This document shows, piece after piece, positions 46,785 to 57,257 of a stretch of DNA of 64,000 nucleotides. Source of the stretch: an uncultured Candidatus Micrarchaeota archaeon (lineage in GTDB: Archaea; Micrarchaeota; Micrarchaeia; Micrarchaeales; Micrarchaeaceae); NCBI GenBank assembly GCA_963741095.1, contig CAVUGN010000004.1, forward strand, positions 32,001 to 96,000, written 5' to 3'. The translations under genes and the position numbers were made by a program. The notes beneath the pieces were generated by a model. It was not told where the DNA came from. It did not search any database and was given only the letters and a program-made list of their open reading frames with translations. How positions within the stretch are numbered: the stretch's first letter is position 1; each line of letters starts with the position of its first letter.

Positions 46785-49316
46785 ATGAGAGAGGAACCCC
46801 ACAAGACCCTGGGCAGGAACGTAATACCTGGAAACTACAAGCTAACAATAGATTCGGACATCAAGACATTCAAGTTCAAGGGCAACGTCGCAATAAGCGT
46901 TGACATAAAGAAGCCGACAAGGCAGGTCGTGCTCAACGCCAAGGAGTTGAAAATAAATCTGGCAAGCATCACCTCAAACGGCAAGGAATACGCCGCAGAA
47001 GCGAAGGTCGACAAAAAGGAGAACACGGTCACGTTATCATTCGGCAAGCCGATCAAGGGCAAGGCGCTCATAACGATCGATTACTCCGGAAAGAACAACG
47101 ACGAGATGTACGGCCTTTACCGCAGCAGATACTCGTACAAGGGCAAGAACGGGTACATACTCTCAACGCAGTTCGAGTCAACCGATGCAAGGTGCGCATT
47201 CCCCTGTTTCGACGAGCCGGAATTCAAGGCCACCTTCGACCTTTCGCTGGTGATAGACAACGACCTGAAGGCCCTGTCGAACATGCCGATAAAGAGCGAG
47301 GGCAAGTTTGGCAAAAAGAAGAAGGTAACATTCAACACCACTCCGAGGATGTCGACCTACCTGCTCTACATCGGGATAGGCAAATTCGAGTTCCTGGAAG
47401 GCAAGCTCGGAAGCAGATCAATAAGAATAGTGACCACTCCCGGCAAGATCGAATATGCCAAGATGGCGCTGGACTTCACAAAGAAGTTCCTCTCATACTA
47501 CGAGGGATATTTCGGCGTGAAGTACCCACTGCCGAAGCTTGACATGATAGCCGTTCCGGACTTCGCCGCGGGGGCGATGGAGAACTGGGGCGCGATAGCC
47601 TTCAGGGAGATCGAGATAATCGGCAACGAGAAGATAACCTCTGTTGCAATAAAGAGGCGGATAGCCGAGGTCATCGCGCACGAGCTCGCCCACCAGTGGT
47701 TCGGCGACCTGGTCACGATGGCGTGGTGGGACGATCTCTGGCTGAACGAGAGCTTTGCTACCTTCATGGCCTACAAGGCGGTCGACCACGTCTTTCCAGA
47801 GTGGCAGATGGGAACGCAGTACTTCATAGACACGGTCGGGACCGCACTCTCCATGGACCAATTGAAGACGACGCACCCGATAAGCGTGCACGTCAACGAG
47901 CCCAGCGAGATCAACGAGATATTCGACGGCATAAGCTACGAGAAGGGGGGCAGCATACTCTCCATGCTTGAGGATTACGTCGGCGAGGAGACCTTCAGGA
48001 AGGGCCTCAACGTCTACCTAAGGAAGCACGAGTACGGCAATGCCACCAAATACGACCTGTGGGGCGCGATACAGCAGGTCGCAAAGTCAACAGGCAAGAA
48101 CGTCTCCAAGGTTGCAAGCTACTGGATCGACAATCCGGGCTATCCGATGGTCGACGTCAAGCTCGGCGGCAATGGAGTCCTATTGGAACAGAACAGGTTC
48201 CTTCTCTCGGACGGCAAGGGCGCCGGCGTATGGCCGATACCTCTGCACTACAAAACCGAGACCGGGCAGGGATACATGCTCATGAGCGGCAAGAACGATT
48301 CGATAAGCCTTGAAAAAGGCTCTTACGTGAAGCTGAACTACCTTCAGAAAGGCCTGTACAGGGTCAGATATCCGGACAGAATACTGAATTTGCTGGGCGA
48401 ACTGGTCAGGGCGAAGAAGCTGAGCGCCCTGGATGCCTGGGGCATAGAGAACGACCTCTACGCGCTCGTAAGATCCTGCAGGGCGCCATTGAAGACCTAT
48501 CTCGATTTCATAGAACGCTACTGCTTCGATAGCGGCTATCCGCTCAATTTCAGCGTGTCGGGGCACCTGTACGGATTGTCCGTGCTGCTGCATGGCACAA
48601 GCCAGGAATCCAGGATAACAAGGCTGATAATCTCGTACCACAAGCGCATACTAGGCAAGACTGGGTGGCAGACGCGCAGCTCCGATGACGATGTAACCAT
48701 TATGCTCCGGAGCATGGCGATAAGGAACCTCGGCATGGCCGGCGACTCCGACACGATGGACAAGGCAAGGACAATGTTCAAGGACTACATAGAGAAGGGC
48801 AAGCAGATAGAGACCAACATACGCGGCGCGGTCTATGGCACAAACGCATGGAACGGCGACGACCTGACGTTCAACAGGTTCATGGAGCTCTACAAGAAGG
48901 TCGAGCTGCCGGAAGAGCGCGCAAAACTGCTGGGCGCACTGGGAAGTTTCGGCAAGCCCGAACTTGCAAGAAAGGGGCTCGAATTCACGCTTTCGAAATA
49001 CGTCAGGCTGCAGGACGCGCCGAGCATACCCGCCTACGCATCATCCAACTACGTGGGGAAGGATTTCGTGTGGGCATGGACGAAGGCTAACTGGAAGACA
49101 TTGTCCTACAGGTGCAGGGCGCAGCTCATGCTGAGCTCGTTCGTGGGCGACCTCAGCATAGTCAGCGACCAGAAGACCAGAGACGAGATAAAGAGCTTCT
49201 TCGCCAACCCCAAGAACATGAAAAAGGAGATAAAAAGGGAGCTCGCCCAGACTCTCGAACGCATAGACGCCAACATAAGGTTCGAGAAGCTGCAGACCCA
49301 CGATCGGAAGGAATGA
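46785..49316 (+). CDS. M1 aminopeptidase (puromycin-sensitive/tricorn factor F2-F3-like)
   Basis: GAMENWG, HELAHQWFG...LWLNE, ISYEKG. Confidence 0.96.
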   Translation: MREEPHKTLGRNVIPGNYKLTIDSDIKTFKFKGNVAISVDIKKPTRQVVLNAKELKINLASITSNGKEYAAEAKVDKKENTVTLSFGKPIKGKALITIDYSGKNNDEMYGLYRSRYSYKGKNGYILSTQFESTDARCAFPCFDEPEFKATFDLSLVIDNDLKALSNMPIKSEGKFGKKKKVTFNTTPRMSTYLLYIGIGKFEFLEGKLGSRSIRIVTTPGKIEYAKMALDFTKKFLSYYEGYFGVKYPLPKLDMIAVPDFAAGAMENWGAIAFREIEIIGNEKITSVAIKRRIAEVIAHELAHQWFGDLVTMAWWDDLWLNESFATFMAYKAVDHVFPEWQMGTQYFIDTVGTALSMDQLKTTHPISVHVNEPSEINEIFDGISYEKGGSILSMLEDYVGEETFRKGLNVYLRKHEYGNATKYDLWGAIQQVAKSTGKNVSKVASYWIDNPGYPMVDVKLGGNGVLLEQNRFLLSDGKGAGVWPIPLHYKTETGQGYMLMSGKNDSISLEKGSYVKLNYLQKGLYRVRYPDRILNLLGELVRAKKLSALDAWGIENDLYALVRSCRAPLKTYLDFIERYCFDSGYPLNFSVSGHLYGLSVLLHGTSQESRITRLIISYHKRILGKTGWQTRSSDDDVTIMLRSMAIRNLGMAGDSDTMDKARTMFKDYIEKGKQIETNIRGAVYGTNAWNGDDLTFNRFMELYKKVELPEERAKLLGALGSFGKPELARKGLEFTLSKYVRLQDAPSIPAYASSNYVGKDFVWAWTKANWKTLSYRCRAQLMLSSFVGDLSIVSDQKTRDEIKSFFANPKNMKKEIKRELAQTLERIDANIRFEKLQTHDRKE

Positions 49317-50491
49317 TGGTCATCATGCCCGGCAACACCGAAACGGAAATCATCAAGACGATGAAGGAAATCATCCGGATAAAAGCCATCTCGCCCTATT
49401 CTGGCGGAGAGGGAGAATCGAAAAGGGCAGATTATCTTGAGAAGCTGCTGAAAGGGTGGGGCCTCAAACCAGTCAGATACGACTACATCGACGGAATGAA
49501 GGTAAAACGGTCAAATCTTGTGGTGAAGTACGGCAACAAGAAAAAAACCGTCTGGGTGCTCGCGCACATAGACACCGTGACCGAAGGCGAAAAAAGCCTG
49601 TGGGAAACGCCGCCCTTCGAGGCCGTACTGAAAGACGGGAAGATCTACGGCAGGGGCACCGAAGATGACGGCGAAGGTATAATACCCGGATTGTATGCGT
49701 TGAAATCCTTGATCGGAAAAGACACAAAATACAATTTCGGCCTTGTTCTGGCTGCGGACGAGGAGCTCGGGAACACCTACGGGATAGCAAAACTGATGAA
49801 AGAGCGCCTGTTCAAAAAAGAGGACATGTTCATCGTTCCGGACTGGGGCGTGCCGAAGGGCGACCAGATAGAGATAGCGGAGAAAGGCATGCTCTGGCTG
49901 AAGATAACCGTCACCGGGAAGCAGGTGCATGCGGCCCATCTCGGTAAGGGGCTGAACACCTTCAGGGAGTCCGCAAGGTTCATGCTCGAAGCTGACGCAT
50001 ACCTGCACCGGAAATACACCAAGAAGACGAAGCTCATGCCCGACGGTTCAACCTTCGAGATGACAAAGCATGAGGCGAACGTGGGCAGCGTAAACATAAT
50101 ACCCGGCAAGGACGTCTTCTACATCGATGCCAGGATACTGCCCTGCTACAGCGCAGGCGAGATAATCAAGGACCTTAACCGGATAAAAAAGAGATTCAAG
50201 GTAAAGATAGCCGTGGAAGTGATAGGATCGGAAGGCGTCAGGTCCGAGCCGACCGATGCGAACGCGGAGGTCATAGGGATCCTCAGCGAGGCGATAAAAA
50301 TGGAACTGGGGAAGACGCCCAAACTGGTTGCCATAGGCGGCGGCACCATAGCCAAGTTCCTGAGAAATGCCGGATTCGATGCGGCAGTGTGGGGCATAGA
50401 GAACGGCATGGCGCACCAGCCAAACGAGTACACAAGGATAGACAACCTGAAGAAAATAATGAGGGTATTGATCAGAATAGTCTCCCCATAA
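49313..50491 (+). CDS. M20 metallohydrolase (DapE/ArgE-like)
   Basis: HIDTV, GRGTEDD, DEE, GGGT, AHQPNE. Confidence 0.92.
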   Translation: MMVIMPGNTETEIIKTMKEIIRIKAISPYSGGEGESKRADYLEKLLKGWGLKPVRYDYIDGMKVKRSNLVVKYGNKKKTVWVLAHIDTVTEGEKSLWETPPFEAVLKDGKIYGRGTEDDGEGIIPGLYALKSLIGKDTKYNFGLVLAADEELGNTYGIAKLMKERLFKKEDMFIVPDWGVPKGDQIEIAEKGMLWLKITVTGKQVHAAHLGKGLNTFRESARFMLEADAYLHRKYTKKTKLMPDGSTFEMTKHEANVGSVNIIPGKDVFYIDARILPCYSAGEIIKDLNRIKKRFKVKIAVEVIGSEGVRSEPTDANAEVIGILSEAIKMELGKTPKLVAIGGGTIAKFLRNAGFDAAVWGIENGMAHQPNEYTRIDNLKKIMRVLIRIVSP

Positions 50492-50744
50492 CTCCCCTTT
50501 CAGATCCCTTTTCCGTGCAAAAGACGTAGCCCATACATACCTTTATAATTGTTGATATCACTATAGTATTGTCAAAATAGTCATACAGAATAGAGGTATC
50601 AAGATGGCGCGTTTCTATAAGATTTTAAGAAAGGTTTGCTCATTATCTGTAATACGTGAAGAGTTAAGTCTGTAATCAGTAGCATCAACGCGCTTCTCTA
50701 TCCTTATGGCTAGGTTGACACTAGAAAAAAAAACAGGTGTCAAA

Positions 50745-52268
50745 ATGGCAAAAACGTACATAGACGTTGTAAAATACATGGTAAATGCGAAGTTCGAAAT
50801 CTCCGGACTGGTGGAAAAGCCGGACATAATTGGGGCAGTTTTCGGCCAGACCGAAGGCCTTCTTGGCGGCGGTCTTGACCTGAGGGAGCTGCAGAAGAAC
50901 GGCAAGATCGGAAGAATAGAGATCGACGTTCAAACTTCAAACAATAAAACTTTAGGAAAGCTCTTCCTTCCTTCATCTTTGGGCAGGGTAGAGACGTGCA
51001 TACTTGCGGCCGCGGTAGAATCCGTTGACCGTGTGGGGCCGTTCGAGACTGCGTTCAAAGTCGAAAAGATAGAAGACACGAGAAACGAGAAGAGAAGGAA
51101 GATAATCGCAAGGGCGAAGGATCTGCTCAAGACGCTGCTCACGACCGAGATACCGGACAGCAAGGAGATCAGCGAGGTCGTGGAATCGGATGTCAAGTCA
51201 AGCGTTGTGACGACCTACGGCACGGACAACCTGCCGGCAGGGCCGGACATAAACGGCAACGAGGAGCTTATTCTTGTAGAAGGCAGGGCTGACGTGGTCA
51301 ACTTGCTGAAGAACGACATAGACAACTGCATAGCCATAGGCGGCGCGATCGGCAACATACCGAAGACGATAATCGACCTGTCGAAGTCCAAGGAGACGAC
51401 CCTGTTCGTTGACGGAGACCGCGGCGGAGAGATGATAATAAGAGGGGTCGTGAACGTGGCCGAGATAGACTACGTTGCCAAGGCTCCTGACGGCAAGGAG
51501 GTCGAGGAGCTGACAAGAAAGGACATAATAAAGTCACTTCGGTCAAGGATCCCGATAGAGCAGGTGCTGCCGACCATAAAGGGCGACAACGCCGAGCAGG
51601 CCAGAAGGCAGGACCAGTTCGACAACCGCCAGAAGTTCCAGAAGCAGACATCGAGGTTCAGCGAGCAGCCTGCGCCTTCACAGTCCCAGCAGATGGCTCC
51701 GGCGCCGATGCAGAGCCAGCCGCAGCAGTACAGGCCGCAGAGCATGGCACAGCCAAGCGCTCCGCAACCAAAGGTGCTGAGCCCGAACGAGATCTCCAAC
51801 AGGATGACCGGCAAGCCGGAGCAGAGGGGTCCGGAACTCCACACCTACGGGCTGAGGGACGTGTCCCAACAGAGCAGCAGGCCATCAGGAATAGACTCAA
51901 TACCCACTATAGGAAGGCAATCGGCGCCCGCCGCTCCGCAGATGGAGCAGAAGGCGGCCGAAAAGCCGTCAATTCCTCCAGACCCAAAGCTGATCACGGC
52001 TCTGGATGAACTGCACAACACGCTGCGTGGAAGGCTCTACGACCTGAGCGGCGCATTGATATCGGAGGTCCCGATAAGGGAGCTGATACAGACCGTGCAG
52101 GACGGGACCGGCGTGAGCGCGATAGTGTTCGATGGCATAATAACCCAGAGGCTGGTCGAGCTCGCGAACAAGCAGGGCATCAAGTCGGTGTACGGCGTCA
52201 GGGCCGGACAGCTCTCAAGAGTGTTCGACAACATGCTGCTCTACACGAAGGAGCAGGGCAAGCTGTAG
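50745..52268 (+). CDS. dnaG: Archaeal DnaG (TOPRIM; exosome-associated) with Gln/Pro-rich insertion
   Basis: GAVFGQTEGLLG, GKIGRIE, VEGRADV, DGDRGG, FDGIITQRL. Confidence 0.96.
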   Translation: MAKTYIDVVKYMVNAKFEISGLVEKPDIIGAVFGQTEGLLGGGLDLRELQKNGKIGRIEIDVQTSNNKTLGKLFLPSSLGRVETCILAAAVESVDRVGPFETAFKVEKIEDTRNEKRRKIIARAKDLLKTLLTTEIPDSKEISEVVESDVKSSVVTTYGTDNLPAGPDINGNEELILVEGRADVVNLLKNDIDNCIAIGGAIGNIPKTIIDLSKSKETTLFVDGDRGGEMIIRGVVNVAEIDYVAKAPDGKEVEELTRKDIIKSLRSRIPIEQVLPTIKGDNAEQARRQDQFDNRQKFQKQTSRFSEQPAPSQSQQMAPAPMQSQPQQYRPQSMAQPSAPQPKVLSPNEISNRMTGKPEQRGPELHTYGLRDVSQQSSRPSGIDSIPTIGRQSAPAAPQMEQKAAEKPSIPPDPKLITALDELHNTLRGRLYDLSGALISEVPIRELIQTVQDGTGVSAIVFDGIITQRLVELANKQGIKSVYGVRAGQLSRVFDNMLLYTKEQGKL

Positions 52269-52270
52269 GC

Positions 52271-52285
52271 TTCTTTTATTTTTTT
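52271..52285 (+). terminator. Oligo(T) terminator after dnaG
   Basis: TTCTTTTATTTTTTT right after the stop codon. Confidence 0.65.
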
Positions 52286-52426
52286 GATGCAACACTAGCG
52301 TGAGCCATGCGCCAGACGAAGCCGGCAAAATCCTAAATCCGTTGACCGAAGTAACCCCCAATCTTAGATAACTATAAATATTATACTGGAAGCAAATAAT
52401 CTCGGCATAAGGATAGAGGGGTTAAA

Positions 52427-53143
52427 ATGGTCCTAAACTCACAACCTAACCAGTCTAGTATAGGATTGTCCAGAATGGATCTGGCGAGCATGTTGAGGGA
52501 GACTCTTCCTGCGGACACCACGCCAAAAGGCCCCATCGATATTCTTAAAATGGATCCTGCTGCATTCCTGTCAAGATTAGACAAGATCAAATATCTCGAA
52601 CCCGCTAGCCTGGAATCAAAAGAGAATCTGGATCTCTTCCGCGCCGAAACACTGGCCGGGGCCAAGGCAAAGGCAACAGATGCCGCTGGCGGAATCCAAC
52701 AGATAAAAGATGCGAGAACTCTGGAATGGAAGAACACGCATAACGCAGCGCTATCCTCGCCAAATTACGAAGGAACCGAGGGGCTAAGAAACAGACTGAG
52801 CGAATCCGGCACCAGGTCGTTCTCTGCCGTAATCCGTATCATACACAACAAAATCGGGACAATTGCGAACGACATGCGAAACGATGCCGCCGAAGACGCC
52901 ACCATGGCCATGCGATTGATACTGCTGAAGGATCTGGAATTCAATGACAAAGAAAAGCTCGTGCAGATCTACAACGCGAAGATGAACGCCTGGGATGCTG
53001 GGATATGCGTCGCGGCATGCGTGGGCGAGAAAGTCATCGGCTATTACCCGCACACTCTTGCCATACGGCAAGATGCCGCTCCTGCCCGATCCTCCATCCG
53101 AATTGCGATGGGTTTAAATACCTTTAGTTTAAAACTAATATAG
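52427..53143 (+). CDS. Hypothetical protein
   Basis: 238-aa ORF with upstream TATAAATA and GAGGGG RBS. Confidence 0.7.
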   Translation: MVLNSQPNQSSIGLSRMDLASMLRETLPADTTPKGPIDILKMDPAAFLSRLDKIKYLEPASLESKENLDLFRAETLAGAKAKATDAAGGIQQIKDARTLEWKNTHNAALSSPNYEGTEGLRNRLSESGTRSFSAVIRIIHNKIGTIANDMRNDAAEDATMAMRLILLKDLEFNDKEKLVQIYNAKMNAWDAGICVAACVGEKVIGYYPHTLAIRQDAAPARSSIRIAMGLNTFSLKLI

Positions 53144-53159
53144 TTTAAATTTAAACTAT
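53140..53159. promoter_or_regulatory. Perfect 20-bp palindrome, probable PadR operator over the promoter
   Basis: ATAGTTTAAATTTAAACTAT, 10 nt upstream of the PadR ATG; a related imperfect copy TTAGTTTAAAACTAA lies just upstream. Confidence 0.7.
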
Positions 53160-53169
53160 TCGGTATTTG

Positions 53170-53535
53170 ATGGCGACCAAAAAGCTAGTGGATCAGAACC
53201 GCTACATGAGCAAGGACATGCGGCACATAGTGCTTAAGCTGCTGATACTCAAGAGCATAAAGAACGGAAAAACCTACTCCTACGCGCTGGTGAAGAAGTT
53301 CAGCAACGCCCACATATCGGGCCTGCTGCAGAAGGAAGACGGGAATGTTAAGAACGACATCTACAACACGATAAACGCGCTCGAAAAGTCGGGGTACATC
53401 AGAGTCAAGGCGGGCTCAAACAACGCACGGTCCAAGAAGTATTACACCCTGACCGGGAGCGGCAAAGCGACGCTTGAGCAGACAAAAAAGATATTCCTCA
53501 GCTCGATGAAGAGCTTGATGGAGATAATGAGGTAG
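53170..53535 (+). CDS. PadR-family transcriptional regulator
   Basis: YSYALVK, IYNTINALEKSGYI, KKYYTLTGSGK. Confidence 0.9.
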   Translation: MATKKLVDQNRYMSKDMRHIVLKLLILKSIKNGKTYSYALVKKFSNAHISGLLQKEDGNVKNDIYNTINALEKSGYIRVKAGSNNARSKKYYTLTGSGKATLEQTKKIFLSSMKSLMEIMR

Positions 53536-53540
53536 TTCGA

Positions 53541-54527
53541 TTGGAGAACATGATAGAGGTTAAGAACCTGGTCAAGAAGTTCGGCGACTTCACCGCAGTC
53601 AACGGCATAACGCTTGAGATAAAGAAGGGCGAGATATTCGGGCTTCTCGGCCCCAACGGCGCCGGCAAGAGCACCACCATAAACATGCTGCTGGGCCTCA
53701 TGAAGCCGACATCCGGATCCGTCTACGTCAACGGCGTGGACATGCAGAAGAACCCGAACAAAGGGAAGGAGAAGCTTGGAGTTGTAACTCAGGAAACGGT
53801 CGTCGAGCCAGAGCTAACGGCCGAGCAGAACCTGGAAATATTCGGCAGGCTGTACCATGTCCCCAAGGACAAGCTTGACAAGAAAATAGGCTTCCTGCTT
53901 GATCTCGCCGACCTGAAGGCATTTGCCAAATCCTACGCTGGCACCTTTTCGGGAGGAATGAAGAGAAGATTAGAGACAGTCAAGGCGCTGGTGCACGATC
54001 CGGACATACTGTTCCTCGACGAGCCGACAACGGGCTTGGACATACAGAACAGGACAAAGGTTTGGGCATTGCTCAGGCAGATAAACAGGGAGAGGAACGT
54101 CACGATACTCATGACGACTCAATACCTGGAAGAGGCGGACCAGATGTGCAACCGCATAGGGATCATAGACCACGGCAAGCTGATAGCCCTGGGTACCCCG
54201 GCCGAGCTCAGGCAGAAGACTGGACTCAACACCATACTGGAAGTTTCCGCAGACAGGGATGATTTGGCAAAGATAGCGCAGGTCTTCAAGAAAATGGGCC
54301 TTGATCCCGAGATAGCGAGCAACAAGGTGGTGGCATCAGTGAAGACCGACCCGGTGGGCACAATGGAAAAACTTATCAAGGCCATAAACGTCACCAAAAT
54401 AAAGATACAGAGCGTGAGCATGCACGAGCCAACAATAGACGACGTCTTCCTGAAACTGACCGGATCCGAGGTGAGGGACGAAACGGGCTCGTACGCCGGA
54501 AGGCCAATGGTAATGGGCAGGAGATAG
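53541..54527 (+). CDS. ABC-2 transporter ATP-binding subunit
   Basis: GPNGAGKST, FSGGM, LFLDEPT. Confidence 0.96.
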   Translation: MENMIEVKNLVKKFGDFTAVNGITLEIKKGEIFGLLGPNGAGKSTTINMLLGLMKPTSGSVYVNGVDMQKNPNKGKEKLGVVTQETVVEPELTAEQNLEIFGRLYHVPKDKLDKKIGFLLDLADLKAFAKSYAGTFSGGMKRRLETVKALVHDPDILFLDEPTTGLDIQNRTKVWALLRQINRERNVTILMTTQYLEEADQMCNRIGIIDHGKLIALGTPAELRQKTGLNTILEVSADRDDLAKIAQVFKKMGLDPEIASNKVVASVKTDPVGTMEKLIKAINVTKIKIQSVSMHEPTIDDVFLKLTGSEVRDETGSYAGRPMVMGRR

Positions 54528-54528
54528 A

Positions 54529-55635
54529 ATGAGCATAACCTCTGACACAATAACCCTTTTCACAAGGGAATTGCTGATATACAAGAAGAACCTCGTGCCG
54601 AGCATAGCGAGGGCAGTGATATTCCCCCTGATATTCATCCTCCTTCTGGGAAGCATAGGCAACATACCGAAGAACGTGCCCGTAACGGTCGTCAACTACG
54701 ACAACGGCGCCGGATCGATGAGCTTCATAAACCTCCTCGAATCGGGAGGGTCGCTGAGCCTGACTAGCGTGACGAACCAGCAGCAGGCCATGAGCATGCT
54801 TGCACAGGGAAGCACCACCGCGGTCATAGTGATTCCAGGGGGCTTTTCAGATTCCACCTCCTCACAGATATTCGTTTATATTGATCAGTCATCATCCGCT
54901 TCGGCAGCGGTTGCGGGCAGCGTCATAGGCGCGGCCGCGGCAAAATTCAATGCGAGGCTTGCTGCAGGAAATCCACAGGCGGGCGGCGTGTCCGTGGTCA
55001 CCAATCCGGTCTACGGCGCAACCAGCAACAACATCAGCTTCACCGTGGCCGGCATACTCGTTCTCGTCGCCACTTCAGGCGCGATATTCGGCGGCGGATT
55101 CACCGTGCTGTCAGACCGTGAGCTGGGAAACCTCAAGGCATTCCTCATAACTCCGATAAACAAGCTCTCCCTGATGATGAGCAAAATATTCTACGGGACG
55201 ATGCAGTCCGTGTTCAGCGCCTACGCCGCACTGGCGATAGGGCTGCTCTACGGGGCCAGCATCTACTCCGGCGTGTTTGGCACGCTTGAAATAGCATGGT
55301 TCATACTCTTGGCTGGCTTCAGCTTCAGCTGCATAGCCATCACGATGGCGGTAAGAATGAAGTCAACGCAGACCTACGCGCTCGTTGCGCAGACGCTCAC
55401 CCTGCCCATGTCGTTCCTGGCCGGTGCACTGGTGCCGGTGTCGTCGCTGCCATCATTTCTCCGGCCTCTTTCTGTCTTCAATCCACTGACCTATGCGGTT
55501 AATGCCGTGAGAGACATAATGCTCAAGGGCCTGCTGCCGTTCGGGACATTCATGGTAGACTCGGTGATACTCATAGTGTTCTCGCTGGTCATGCTGGTCA
55601 TATGCGCGCTTCTGTTTAAAGGAATGAATGAATAA
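54529..55635 (+). CDS. ABC-2 transporter permease
   Basis: TM pattern; DRELGNLKAFLITP, NPLTYAVNAVR. Confidence 0.93.
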   Translation: MSITSDTITLFTRELLIYKKNLVPSIARAVIFPLIFILLLGSIGNIPKNVPVTVVNYDNGAGSMSFINLLESGGSLSLTSVTNQQQAMSMLAQGSTTAVIVIPGGFSDSTSSQIFVYIDQSSSASAAVAGSVIGAAAAKFNARLAAGNPQAGGVSVVTNPVYGATSNNISFTVAGILVLVATSGAIFGGGFTVLSDRELGNLKAFLITPINKLSLMMSKIFYGTMQSVFSAYAALAIGLLYGASIYSGVFGTLEIAWFILLAGFSFSCIAITMAVRMKSTQTYALVAQTLTLPMSFLAGALVPVSSLPSFLRPLSVFNPLTYAVNAVRDIMLKGLLPFGTFMVDSVILIVFSLVMLVICALLFKGMNE

Positions 55636-55643
55636 GTGATATC

Positions 55644-57257
55644 ATGGGAAAAAATGAATTTTTGGGCAAGAGTTTTGCGTTGGCTGTGCTGCTGCTGTTC
55701 GCCGTGTACCCTGTCGTGGCCGCGGGAGTGTCCGCCGGGGACGGCGCATTGTCGATAATAAATCTGCAGGTTCTGCCACAGCCTGTGATGGCTGGCAGCA
55801 ACATAACGATAACCTTCCAGCTGTACAACGCATACTCTTCGGCTCTGCAGAACGTCAACCTGCAGATGACCGCATCGAATCCGATCATAACCGTTTCGCC
55901 ATCCAGCACCTACCTGACCAGCGCGATAGGCTCCGGCATATACGACGGCTACACAAACCAGCAGGTTTACGACATACACGTGCCTTCGACCATCGCAACG
56001 GGCGAGTACACGCTCGATGTGATTGCCAACTATGAGACTTCGCAGCCGGGCGCCACTGGGGGCACGGTGGAGCTGCCTTCGGTATCGGTGATGCCCATAA
56101 GCATGTACATCTACGGCGCACCCAACGTGACCGTCGGAATAAACAACGTTCAGATCGTGTCAAGCAAGCAGCTGCGCGTCAGCACCCAGATATCGAACAT
56201 CGGCTACACCCAGGCGAGCAACGTCCACGTGACGTTCCTGAACTCCAACACCCTGTCTGTCTCCGGGCTGTCATCAATCAACACCTCAACGCTCGACGCA
56301 GGCTCATCGCTCAGCGCATCGGTGAACTACAACGTTACCGGCAACGCGACGATAGGCGAGGGCGCCTACCCGATGCCTGTGCTGGTCTCGTACACCTCTA
56401 ACTACAACATAAGCTACAGCAAGCGGCTCAACCTGACGTCAAGCATAGTGATAAACCAGCCGGACGTGATAGTGCAGCTCGCCAACCCGCAGCCGCAGTC
56501 GCTCTACCGCGGAAAGAACCAGAGCGCCTCTCTCCAGATAGAGAACATAGGCACCGGCGCCGCGAAGAACCTGACCGTGACGCTGCACTCCGGCAGCGGG
56601 ATAAACCTGCTCAGCTCCATAAGCAGCTTCTTCATCAACAATCTCGCGCCCAACCAGACGGTGTCCGAGCCCATACTCATAGGCGCGAACGGCACCTCGG
56701 GCTCAAGCCTGTTGGTGGGTTTGCAGTACTATCCTGCCAGCTACCAGAACCTGATATCGAAGACGCAGGTGCTGAGCCTGTCGATTGCACCATCGGCGCA
56801 GTTCCTCGTTACGGCTCAGAGCCCGACGTCGCTCGCCCCGGGCGCAACCGCAGTGCCAGTGAAATTCACGGTGGAGAACATCGGCACAGTCGAAGCTGAC
56901 CAGGTCCAGTTCAACCTGCAGACCACCTACCCGATAACGCCGATCGCCGGCACTTCGTACGTCAACAGCCTCGAGCCCGGCGCCTCGACGAACGTCACCT
57001 TTGTGGTGAACGTCGATTCCCAGGGCGTGGTCGGGGACTACCCGATCACGATGTTCGAGAACTGGAAGCAGCCCAACGGGGCATCCAACCAGCAGTTCTC
57101 CGGCTCGAACGTCTACTTCATGAGCATCGCGAGCTCAGGATCCAGCAGCACGCTGCTCATCATAGGCGTCGTTGTCGTGGCCGCGGTCGCAGTGGTCGCG
57201 TACAGGCGCTTCAAGGCGCCAAAGCAGGCGTCGAAGAAGAAGACGGCCTCATCATAA
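55644..57257 (+). CDS. S-layer-domain (COG1361/CARDB-like) surface protein
   Basis: Signal peptide; repeated IxNIG...A.N..V...L.PG beta modules; C-terminal TM plus basic tail. Confidence 0.85.
   Translation: MGKNEFLGKSFALAVLLLFAVYPVVAAGVSAGDGALSIINLQVLPQPVMAGSNITITFQLYNAYSSALQNVNLQMTASNPIITVSPSSTYLTSAIGSGIYDGYTNQQVYDIHVPSTIATGEYTLDVIANYETSQPGATGGTVELPSVSVMPISMYIYGAPNVTVGINNVQIVSSKQLRVSTQISNIGYTQASNVHVTFLNSNTLSVSGLSSINTSTLDAGSSLSASVNYNVTGNATIGEGAYPMPVLVSYTSNYNISYSKRLNLTSSIVINQPDVIVQLANPQPQSLYRGKNQSASLQIENIGTGAAKNLTVTLHSGSGINLLSSISSFFINNLAPNQTVSEPILIGANGTSGSSLLVGLQYYPASYQNLISKTQVLSLSIAPSAQFLVTAQSPTSLAPGATAVPVKFTVENIGTVEADQVQFNLQTTYPITPIAGTSYVNSLEPGASTNVTFVVNVDSQGVVGDYPITMFENWKQPNGASNQQFSGSNVYFMSIASSGSSSTLLIIGVVVVAAVAVVAYRRFKAPKQASKKKTASS

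Noticed and set aside
49112-49312. N-terminal extension of the M20 ORF overlapping the M1 peptidase
   Set aside because: ORF-caller over-extension; the real start is at about 49313, overlapping the upstream stop (ATGA).
52427-52500. Possible fourth copy of the N-terminal tag (GLSRMDLASMLRE); likewise GTLNELLR near 18580
   Set aside because: Both lack the T-x-E and F-[IV]-R positions and the spacing; too weak without an HMM.
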